This document shows, piece by piece, positions 25,201 to 36,200 of a stretch of DNA of 64,000 bases. A program made the translations under genes and the position numbers. Below the pieces are notes generated by a model. The model did not search any database. It was not told where the DNA came from and saw nothing but the letters and a program-made list of their open reading frames with translations. Position 1 is the first letter of the stretch. Each line of letters opens with the position of its first letter. Location: contig MEDY01000660.1 of the NCBI GenBank assembly GCA_001724265.1, positions 124,001-188,000 on the forward strand. Direction: 5' to 3'. This DNA is from Rhizaria sp. SCN 62-66 (Eukaryota).

Positions 25201-25250
25201 CCGTCCGGGATGGCCGCGAAAAGCACGTCAATAAGGCCAAGCTCCGCCAT
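22212..25250 (-). CDS. SNAPC1: SNAPC1 (SNAP43)-like protein; 1012 aa if the in-frame TAG at 24491-24489 is sense, otherwise 253 aa
   Basis: The N-terminal block FKRLWR..GMARLH...TLEQRIWAVYMLYTVFVTQ...VLLPQAAW...DPRRVLTFLLSHKCF resembles the SNAPc_SNAP43 domain. The frame stays open and GC-rich for 758 codons after the TAG until a TAA at 22214-22212. Confidence 0.72.
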
Positions 25251-25804
25251 CGGGACAGAGTAGCGGCAAGGCGGGGATCCGCAGAGCGCACGCGCGCGGG
25301 AAGAGAGTTGTTCTCGATGTGTCGAAGTTAAGTCAAGATGCGCTCTGTTAAAAGTACGACTGCTGGGAACAGGAAAGGATACACAGAAGGGGTTTGAATA
25401 AAGGAAAGCAACAAAACCAGTAAGTTACCAATACTCAGTCCATCGGCAGCAAGGGTTAGCGTCGTTGTAATGCTACGCAAGTGATTGAGTATGAAGATCT
25501 GGATGGCGCGTGATGGGGCTGGCGAGGACTCGAACGGCTGACGTTGCGCTTATCACTTCGAGATCACTATAACATCACCGTCGTTACTAATTGCGACAAT
25601 GCTACTCAAAATGAAGAAGATTTATGTTTTTGTTCACAAAATTATATTTTATAACTCCCACGTCTTACCCTTCTATACTCCGAATTCGTCATGTCCTCGC
25701 TTCATAGCCGTTGCGCTTGCTCTTGACACCCGCCACTCTCCACATCACATCGCCCCGCCTCGAACCGCTTTCCCTGGCGCTTTTCCGCGCACCCACTGTT
25801 TGCC

Positions 25805-28800
25805 ATGGGTTTCACCGACACCGCCGCACTGCTGGCCTGGCGCTTCCTGCTTCTTCCGCTGCTCTGGGTACTGGTTTGCGCCCCTCTGCGGCCGCGCAAC
25901 GACGCCGTGCTGGGCCTGGGCGCGCTCATTGCCGTCGCGCCCGCGCTGCTCTTCTGGATCCTCGCCTTCTGGCCGCGCGCGTTGCTTGTCGCCGCCTGTG
26001 TATGGGCGCTGCTTGCCTCGCTTTCCGTGCTGATGATGACCGACATCCCCGGCGCCACGGAAGTGCTCGTGTGCTTCCCCGGTAAGCTCGTCGGCGGCCG
26101 CCTGTGCGGTACCAAGCCCACCACAACAGTTTCCGCCGTTGCTGGAGCGGCTGCGGCGGGCACTGGCGTTGTGCAAGCAGGTGCTGTAGTGGGTTCTGTT
26201 GCTGCGGCGGGCACGCCAACAGCAGCGGCAGCAGGGAGCACAGGCGCGAGTCAGAGTGCCAGTGCCAGCGCAGTTGCTGTTGCTGTTGCTGCTCCCGAGT
26301 CTCCCATCACTCTCAACGTGGCTTCTGTTGTTATCGCCCCGTTTGCCGCCGCCTTAGGCACCCCATCCAGCGAACCTTCTTCCGTGGGCTACTCGCTTCT
26401 GCTCACAGTCGCACCCTCTGTCGCTGCTGCGGCCACGGCGGCTGCCGGCACCAACAGTAGTAGCCACATCAACGGTGGGTTTACGGTCCGGTCTGTCGTT
26501 GCAGCTGCTGTCCATTTTATGATGCCTCAGTTCGTGAAGAATCTGCTTCCTGTGTCTGCACAGGGCTCTGCGGTGAGCAACGGCAGCGGCAGCAGCAGCG
26601 CGCCTGTCTTGTCCGAGGTGACTGTCAGTGTGTACTGTGGCGACTCGCGCTCCCCGCTCGCCGCGATCCCTCTCAAGCTCAGCGCCAGCACCAGCAACTC
26701 GAACAGCACTCGCGCTAGCGCAGGCGCAAGTGTGCACGGCGTCCACAGTCTCCGCGTTGTGTTCACGCCCGATCCGGTCGCTCCGACGCTCGTCATCCCC
26801 AAAGTATCCACCATCGCGAACACCGGTGCGAGCAACAACACGACCGTGCTGTCATTGCCCCCGCAGCGCACGCTGTACCTTGTCGCCAACGCCGTTTCCA
26901 GCACCGGCACGGGCCGCTCGCCGTCGCGCGTGTCCGCTGCGCCCCTCTCACTGCGCCTGCCGCCGCTGACGGCGCCCGCGCGCGCGCTGGGTGCGCCGCT
27001 GTACCACGAGCAGCGCACGGTCGCCGCGCGCGCGCTTGAGGCTCTCGCATTTGCGGTCGCGGGCGGCGAGGGCGGCTGGGGCGCCGGAGTCACGAGCAGC
27101 AGCAATAATAGCAATGTGAACTCTAGTAACAACAGCAATAGTAACAGTATGTCGACTGCTGCTGCCGCCGACGGCGTTCGTGCCTCGACGCACATGACGG
27201 GCACCCACGTGACTGTGGCGCTGGACGTGCCGTGGGGCCGTCTTGCGTGCCTGCTCTGCGACGACAAGACGCGCACCGTCGCGTTGGCTTCGTTTGCCGT
27301 GCTGTCCAGCCTCACTGCGCAGCGCCGGGTGACCGTGAGCAGGCGCGGTGTCATGGCCGCTGCGGTGGCCACGGCTGCGGCGGCACTGGTTGCGCGCCGT
27401 TGCGCCCCCGCGCACGTCGGTCAGAGCGCGAACAGCGCGGGCAGTTGCAGCAACAGTAGCAATAGCAATGCTGCCGTTGCGGGTGCCAGCGCAAGTGCGA
27501 ATGACGAGAGCGGCTTAACTTCGAGGTATCCTCAGCTGTTGTCGCTTCTCCCCGTGTTGATTCCCAGCGCTGGCGCCGGCGCTGTTGCTGCTCTACAACA
27601 ACAGCAGCAGCAGAGTGTGCGCACGTCTCGTTTTTCGACTCCGCTTCGGACTGCGACGACTGGTATCACGAGCAATATTGCGAACAACAACAGTAAGAAC
27701 AATGACGCAGGCGTTGGTGCTGCTGTCTCGCGCCACGAGAGCGCGCTGGGCAACGGCTCCGGTCAAAGTCGCGGCGGCAGTGGCAGTGCTTGTCGCTACC
27801 TGAGCACGAGCTCTGGTCTCATCTCGGTTTACGACACGACGAGCAATAATGTTCGGATTGACTCGGATTCCGCCTCAAGTGTGGCCGACACAGAGACTGT
27901 GCACGGTGTCCTGTTCGCGAATGCTGCTTCTGCTCACAGCAGCGCTGCCTTGGTGTCACCGTTCTCAACTGACTTTGCCCCGTTTCTGCTTACACCACTG
28001 CCGCTCGCCAACTCAGCAGCTGTTGGCGCAAACGCGGTTGAGTCAAGCGGTCTGCTCGTCTTTGGCGGTGTAAGTACCCCCTTAGACGCTGCCGGTGTTA
28101 GCGCGCGCGTGCTGTCGTCGGTGGCTGACATGACGCTGTTCCGCTCAGTTGCAACTACAACCCCAGCCGCTAACTCTGACAACCGTGGAGGCAATGCGAG
28201 CGCCAGTGCTGGCGTCACAGGACTGCCACTGACCACGAACGACATTTACCTTCTGCTGTCGATCGCGACTTCTCTCTCGACCCTTGTACCGTCTCACTCG
28301 GCGGCTCAGACCGACAGCGATGACTTGTGGCTCACGGCTACGGACTTCGCAGCCGCCGGCGGGCTGCACGTGCTGCTCCTGGGCGCCACCGCAGAGCCCC
28401 CCGTTGCGGCCGCCGCACGCGCGCTCGCCCGGGTCGCCGCTGCTGCGGCCGCGGCGGGCGCGTTCGTGCCTCCCGGCGCGGCACCGCTGGGGGCCCTGAT
28501 CGAGGCAGTGACGGGAACGCAGCTGCCGCAGCCGCAGCCGCAACCGCAAGCGCAGGCTCAGGCTCGGGCTCAGGAGCAGTTGTCGCCGGTGTCGCAGCTT
28601 CAGCTCCAAAATGGCGCGAGATCTAATGCGAACGTTCCTGAAAATAATGCTGCTACCGCTGCTGCCGCTGCCGCTGCTGCAGCAGCTGCAAGCCCGACAG
28701 TTACTGCCAGCACAAACGCGATTTTGCCGCCTGCCGCCAGCCCCGCTGCTGCTGCTACTGCTGCTGCTGCTGCGAGTCAGAGTGCTGTCAGTCCCGTGCT

Positions 28801-29320
28801 GGCTTCTGCGCCCAGTGCAACAGCGGCGGCTAACGGCGCTAGCACTCCGTCTCTGCTGGCGCGTCCGCTGCCGCTTTCGTTCGGCCCCGCCGGCGCGGCT
28901 ATGTCAGTGCCGATGCCTGCGCCGCCGGTGTTCACGCCCCCGGCGCTGCCGACGTTCGCGTCGCCGCTCTCGTTTCGCCCCAAGGCCACTGCCAGCATCA
29001 CCGCTTCTACAGCCGCTCCAGCCGCTCCTGCTGCTTCTGCGGCGAGCGCTGCGGCCGCTGGGATGAAGGCGAGTGTGGACACGGTTCGTGGGGGTGCCAA
29101 TTCTGCCAAGGACGACGATGACGAAGACGATTTCGAAGATGACGAGGATGCCGATGGCGGCATTGACCAGGGTGCTTAGTAGGAAGTTGTAATGTTGCAG
29201 CGTCGCAGCGCTCGTGGCCGCGCCCCTCGCGGCGCTGCTGAGAGCACTAGCGGCGCAGGCGCTGCGTCGGCAACTGCGACGCGGCGCAGCTCAAGGCGCG
29301 CTCCCCCGAAGGCTGATTGA
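25805..29320 (+). CDS. Hypothetical membrane protein (about 3 N-terminal TM helices, then Ala/Ser-rich low complexity); 1171 aa if TAG TAG at 29177-29182 is sense
   Basis: Hydrophobic N-terminus and a long open frame. After TAG TAG, 45 more GC-rich sense codons run to a TGA at 29318-29320, where the sequence turns AT-rich. Confidence 0.65.
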
Positions 29321-30215
29321 GCGATGTGTGATTTGAAAATTAGAGACGAGTGAACCTTGTAATTATTGATTAAGACGGCCACCAAGAGTGTTTTTTTTTT
29401 CCATACAGAATTTGATTGAAAGATAACTTTTGTATAAAGCCATATTCGGCAGCACTGTCGTGCGTGTTTTGTCTGACGCGATTTGTGTCTTTGGATTGAT
29501 TGTTCCAAATATACTTGTTGATTGTGATGATGCGACCTCACTGCAAATCGTTGTAAAAACGACGTAATTACAATTGGAATTTGTAAAACATAGTCACGAA
29601 GTCGCTCACAACAATCAATAACAGTAGCGCACAGCGCACAGCGTAGAGGCGTAGTGATTCTAGACACTACACAATTCATTTGTTCAAAAAACAGTGATTT
29701 AGATACTGCTCTTAACGCATTCAAGTAAATTGCATCTTTTGTGCAAATTCTTGCAAAAACAAAAAGACAAGTGATCCTTACGTGAAAAACTGTGCAGGGG
29801 CGTGCGGACACGTAAGGACGAAACACATAATAAAAAAACGAATAAGTGATAGCTAGGTTGTACAAGGATAAGATGTCAAAACATACACATAAACACACAC
29901 ACCAAAGAGGAAGATCTAACAAAAAAAACACAGCAGATTTCTTTCCTTTGTGTGACCAAAATGGAGTTGCAGTTGTTGTTGAAGTTGGCTTGTGATTCAA
30001 CCCCCAGGACTGGGAGCGAAATCTGCAAGAGATACAAGTGTTTAAAAACTAAATAAAATGATTATCTTCTGAAAATTACTAAGTAAATATTTTTTCGTTG
30101 CTCCAGTCTTGTTTGAAAGGTCAATCAAAGCAAGACAGGATTGCGCTGCGGCCGAGCTTTATGTCGCCGCAGCAAAACTCGCGATCTATGCTACGCTGTT
30201 TCATTATTGCAAGCT

Positions 30216-33200
30216 TTACAAGTGCCTGGTCCAGCGCAGGGCAGCCGCAGCAACACTACGGGCGTCGTCGTCGTCGTCTTCATCCTGGGCATCACGACTG
30301 TGGTGGTGACCGTGAGCACCAGTGCTGTTGTTGATGATGTTGTTGACGCGGGAGAGGCGGTGGCCGTGAGCAGGCGGAGACGCGCCGACAGCCACGACTT
30401 GTAAGTCGGCGTCAAACTGATCATCTCCATCCTCGTCCTCATCATCGTCGCCGTGATCTTCATTCTCGTCGTCGTCGTCGTCGAACTCGTCTTCGTTGTC
30501 GTTATCGTCGTGATCATGATCGTCGTCGCCCTCGCCGTCGAGAACGTCATCATCGTCATTGTCAATGTCGATGCCATCGTCCTCGTCGTCAGAGACAGCG
30601 ACGGTGCCCATGCCCGTGCCCGTGTTAGAGCTGGCGTCGACGTCGCGGTACAGAGTGGGCGCACCGCGGCCCAGCCCAAGCCCGTCGTCGTCGCCGTCGC
30701 CGTCGTCGTCATCGTCGTCATCATCATCGTCATCGTGGTTCTCTGCAATGCCAGAGTCGTCGTTGTTGCTGTCGCGACCGCGACCGTCGTCGTCGTCCTC
30801 CTCCTCTTCGTCGTCGTCGTAATAGTACCCACGAATGCCCTGAGCTGCCGCGCGCTGCTGGCGCGCGAACTGCTATCTTCCGTGGATGTGCTGCGACTGC
30901 GGCAGGTACCCGCGGGCCGCGGCGGCTTGCCTCGACAGCGTGCGCGTCGTCGTGATCGTGAATTGCTGTGGGCGCGAGGCCACGGAGACGTCGTCCGTCA
31001 CTGCCATGCCGTCGGACGAGTCAGAGTCTTCGTCACTGTCGCCGTCGCCGTGCTGGTGCGGACGGCGAGAGGGCATGTCAAAGCCGTTGACGTCATCGTT
31101 GTTGTCGCTGTTGCTGGAGCCACCGATGTTGAGGCAGCCTAGACGCGCGGCAAAGCGGGACGTGACGCGGTCTTGGTCGTCGCTACTGTCATCATCGCCG
31201 CTATCGCCGTCGGTGTTGTTGTCTTGAACAATCACGCTCGGCTTGACCTTGCTCATGTTCTTGCCACCATTAGCAGCGGCCGTGGCGTCAGCCTTGGCCT
31301 TCGCATCAGCCCGGGCCTTCGCGGCAGCCGCTACCTCAGCAGCGGCAGCGGCCTGAGCGGCGGCGACCTTCGCCGCGATTGCAGCCGCGGTCGACGCCAG
31401 GACGACTTCCTCGTCCTCGTGATCGGGCACCGACATATCGCCCTCGCCGTCGTCGTCATCGTCGTCGTCGTGGCGATGTAGATGGCCCGCCACACCGCCA
31501 GAGCGGCCGCGGCGGCCGCTGCCGTCGTCATCGTCGTCGTCATCAATGTCACTGCCGCCGCCGCCGTGGCCGCGGCCGTGGCGCAGCCCGCCCGCGCCGC
31601 CGCCGAGCCCGGGGCCGACGGTCAGCACGGTCTCCGTCACCGTGCGGCGCGGGAAGCCGAAGCGCACGCCGGGGGCCGCGGCGTTCGCGGCCGCTGCGGG
31701 GTGCGGGGTCGGCGCAGGCGCGGCAGGGGGGTCGCGTGGGGAAGCAAGGACGGCGATCGAGGGGTTAGTGTCGACGGGCGAGGGCAGCGTGGCGTTTCCG
31801 AAGAAGTAAGGATGTGCAGCCGCGGTGTTGCCGCTTAGTCCATGAGAATTCGCAACATTGCTAGAGGTCGCAGTCGCCGCGCTGGGCGAATGCTGATGAC
31901 TGTGTTGAGCCACTGGCTGCTGCTGCTGTAGGTCTGTGGCGTTCGAAGTCTGCTTGTTGAGACTGGGAGGCGTGTCCACACTGAATCCCACTTCCGGCTG
32001 CTGTTGTTGTGACTGCGTCTGCGCAAGCTCGGGCTGCGTGCTCGGCTGCTGAGGCTGTGTGACAAGGAGCTTGTGCGCGATTGTTTGTGACTGTAATGGC
32101 GGCAACGATGTCTCGACGTGTGTCTTTGAGCGCTGGATCTGCATCCGCCCTGCGCCAGTCGCGTACGCACTCGCATTGGCACCAGCAGTAGCGCCGGTGA
32201 GAGTGTTCGCGGGGCTCGCAGGCGTGCCAGGCGCGCCAGACGGCACGATAGGAGTGGCGAGCGGCACATACGGCGACTGTGGCGCCTGCGACTGCTGCGC
32301 TTGTTGTAGCGCAAGAGTCATGTCAGCAGCGGACCGCGGGGTCGCGCTAGCAGCGTTCGCTCTAGAGGCGATGACTGTGTTGCTGTTATTAACATCAAGC
32401 AGTGGCGAGTCGATACTGCCGAGCGCGATGCCCGTGTCGATGCCGCTGCCCTCGCCGTCGTTGTTCACAATGATCGGCGCAGGCCGCGCCATCCGCGTCC
32501 TGTTCGCTCCCGCGCTAGGGTTCGCAGTGGGACTTGCGGCCATAGCGAGCGAGGCAGCAGGGGAAGCAGCGGCGGCAGTGGCGACGGTATAGGGGAATGA
32601 GAGCGTGTCGGTGGCGGCGAACGAAGGCTCGGTCAAGCCACTGGTGTTGCTCTCCAGCACAAGCTTGTCGCCAGTGCCGTGTCCGTGTCCGCGGGCCTCA
32701 CTGTCGGGCCCGCTCGTAGTGTAGCTGAAGCTGTTGGTGTTTGTGTCCGGCACGGTCAGAAGCGCCGGACCGCGGCCGAAAGTAGCGTGGGTTGCAATAG
32801 CAGCGCGCGGCTGCTGGTGGTGTTGCTGCTGGGGGCCGTGGCCGTGGCTGTGGCTAGTCCCGGTGCTGTTCGAGCTGGACGTGTGGGCAAAAGCGAGGCC
32901 TGAGGCAAGCGAGCCGTTGGGAGAGGACGAGATGGTCGTGCTGCTCGTGTTGTGATTGTTGTTAACACTACTGCGGTTGACCTCAGCAGTCGCAGAACTC
33001 ATCGCGGTGGCGTTGACGCTGTTGTTGTTGTTGTCGCTGTCACCGTTGCTCATCACGATCGCGCGGGGACGCAGCCACGCGTCGCTGGTCCGCACCACAG
33101 AAGCTGCAGCGCCGTGGTTGGCGTTGTTAGACTGCGGCGCCAGCGCGAGCGGCCGCGCGGGCCCGGGCACTGGCGAGGCCGGCGAGAGCGAGAGCGAGAG

Positions 33201-36200
33201 CGCAGGGGCGAATCCGTCGGAGACAAGCGTCACAAAGCCAGTCGAAGTGTTGTCCGTAGCGCTGCCGTGCGTTTTGGCACCAGAGTCGTCGTCCTCGAAG
33301 TAGTCATCGTTCTGCGCGGCGACGCCCTTGACGTTGCTCTTGTGTTTGCTGTTCATGTAGTGGCCGTAGTTCGGCGAGCCCGCGACGGCGCGTGCGCCCC
33401 CGTTTGCGTCGCCACCGTGCGCGTTGCTGCCGCTGCCGCTGTTGGTGTTGGGCCCCATCAGCGGTGACGGCAGGCCGGTGCGCTCCCGCGGACCGAGGCC
33501 CAGCGGGCGGTCGAGGCTGGAGCTGCCGGTAAGCACAGCGTTCGCGCTATGCTCGCTGTTGGAATCACCGCGATACGGCTGTTGCTGTTGCTGGTCGCGC
33601 TGGTCAAGGTCCACGTTTTCCAGACTGTGCGAGTGAGACAGCGTAAGCGTGAGGTTCGCAACTGGCAAGCCGGCCAAGTCGGTCGCGTCGCCGGCCTCAG
33701 CACCCGCGCCGGTCCACGTGTCACCGAGACCGGCGGTCGCACTGCTGTCGCCGAAGACGCGCGTGTTGTGGTGCGCGCGATCCTGACCGAGACCCTGACT
33801 GTGAGTGTTCACGGTGCCATTGTTGTTGTTGACGCCAGTGTCGCCGTCGGTCCAGCTGAACACGCCCCAGCCCGAGGCGCCGGCCTCGTCTGCGTCGTGA
33901 CTGTGCGCGGGTTCCTCGAAGTCGTGGTCGCCGGTTCCAGTGCTAGCGAAACCAAAGCCACTGTTTGCAGCGTTGCCGTTGCTCTTCCGCGACTGCTGCT
34001 GCTGCTGCTGCTGGTCCTGGAGCCTGCGGCGCTGCGGCTGTGCGGGCGACGGCTGTGGCGGCTTCAGCACAATGCTGCCGCGCCGGGCGGCGTTGAACCC
34101 CACGCCTGCGCCCTGGACCGCGCCGCCGGAGATCGCGTTCGCCGGCTGCTGCTGCGTCTGCGTGTTCTTGCGGGAGCGGCCCGTCTTAAGCGGGCTCGAC
34201 GGCGGCGTCATAAACACACTGCTGGTGCCGCCGCCGACGTTGAGTCCAAGTCCGAGGCCCACGCCGCCAGTGACGTTGTTGTTGCTAGCGTTGGCGATGC
34301 TGCCGCGGCCCTTCTTGGGACTCACCAGCGCGGCGCCTACGCCCGACGCCGCGCCGCTCCCCGCACCGCCGGCCCCGGCGGCGCCGGGCACCGCGGCCGC
34401 GGAGGCCGCGGCGGGGCCAGAGTCGCGGCCGGACAGCATGAGCGCGAGCGAGACGGCGGAGGCGGCGATGGCGTTGCGCGTCGCCGCGGGCCGCAGCGTG
34501 CCGGCCGCCGTGGCACCACTCGCGGTCATCAGGTGGCTGTGGCCGTCACCGTCCGCAGCGACGGCGCCGCTGTTGCCGGCCGCGTTGCTGTCGGTGTTGA
34601 AGTCAAAGAAGCCGCTGTTGCCGGCGGTGTAGGGCTGCGAGGGTCGGTGGCGCTGCCCCAGCACCGGCAGCGGCATCGCGCCGCTGTTGCCGGCACCAGA
34701 GGCAGCGTCCATCGCAGCGGGGTCGGGGATGGTGGCGTAGAACGCACTGACGCCGAAGGCGTCGTCGCCGTGAAGGTTGGCGTCGCTGTTCATATATACG
34801 CCGTCGTTGTCGTCGTAGTTGAAGTGGCCGAAGCCGCCGACCGCGTGACTGGTCTGCTGCGCCTCCGCCGCCGCCGCGGCCGCCGCAGCGTGGCGCTGCG
34901 CCTGCTGGCCGTGCGCGGAGAGTGCGAGCGGGTTCGAGAGCGACATGGACATGCGCGACGGGGACGCGGAGCCGCCCAGCCGGCCTCTCAGCTTGCTGCC
35001 GGGGCCGTGCATCGCGCCGCCGCCGAGCCGCTTGCCCGCGACCAGGCCGAAGCCAGCGCCGGCGCGGTGACCGGCGGCCTTGCCCGCTTTGCCCCGGCCC
35101 TTGCCGTTGCCGTTGGTGGGCGAGTGCGAGCGCGAGGGTGACCAGCACGGCGAATGCGTCGGCGCGTAGCTCGTCGACACCATCGTGAAGCCAGTCAGGT
35201 CGATGACGCACACGTCGCCGGCGCCGCGGGCGAGCAGCGCGCGCTCGTGCGGCAGCGGGAGCCCGCCGCCGAGCTCGGGGCGGCACGTCACGCCGCGGTA
35301 CAGCTGCACCTGGTGCGGGCGCAGGCGCGTGAGCAGGCCGGAGTATTTGCAGACGAAAGGGAGCTTCAGCGACGCCAGCGACGGCGGGTGCTGCTGAAGA
35401 TGCTCGTGGTCCTGCGTTGCTGAAAAGTTGCGACTCTGCTGCTGCTGCAGGTCGTGCGACGCGCTGGCGTTGTTTGCTGTTGCCGGGAAGAGCGATCTGA
35501 CGACAGAACGGCCGTCCTTGGCACTGGCGGTGCCACCAGCCGCGTCGCTGTTGCCGTTGTAGCCGGCAGCGACGCTGGTGTTGTGATGCACGAGGGACGG
35601 CGCGGCCGCGAGCCCCGACGTCGGCGCAATCGGCATCAGATCCGGCGAGGTCTCGGCGCTCACGGTCAGCGGGAACAGGGCCGGTGCGGCGGCCACGACG
35701 CTGAGGCCCGACGCGGCGGGCAGCGGCAGCGGCAGCGGGGGGAACGGCGGCGAGGACGACGCCGACGCCGTGCCTTCACCGGACATGCCAGTGAGGCCAG
35801 CGCCTGTGTTCACAGTTGCTCTAAGAGGAGGACTTGTCGTGGTCGTCGTGGTTGTAGCAAGAAAGTTTTCGCCACCATGGCGTTGCTCGAGGGCGAGACT
35901 GACGAGGCTCTTGTCCGCATTGTTGTTCAGCGTCCTCGTGGTGGGGCCCACAATGGGGGTGTACTGCGGCGACAGCGCCTTGAGGTTGCCGACCTCGAGG
36001 TCGATGTCCGAGCAGGGGCTGTCGCCGTCGCCCGGGTACCGCCGCACCGACAGCAACGACGGCGAGAAGGGCGTCGCGCCGCCGGCGTTGGCGTCGAGCT
36101 CGCTGTCGCCGGCGACGTCGCGCTCGCGCTCGCTTGTGCTGCGGCTCTGGCTGGGGCCCGTGAGGACGATGCCGGCGACACCGATGGTCTTGCTGTGGCC

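Noticed and set aside
29176-30000. 274-aa minus-strand ORF
   Set aside because: It is mostly AT-rich, lacks the genome's codon bias, overlaps the end of the + strand gene and has no ATG start.
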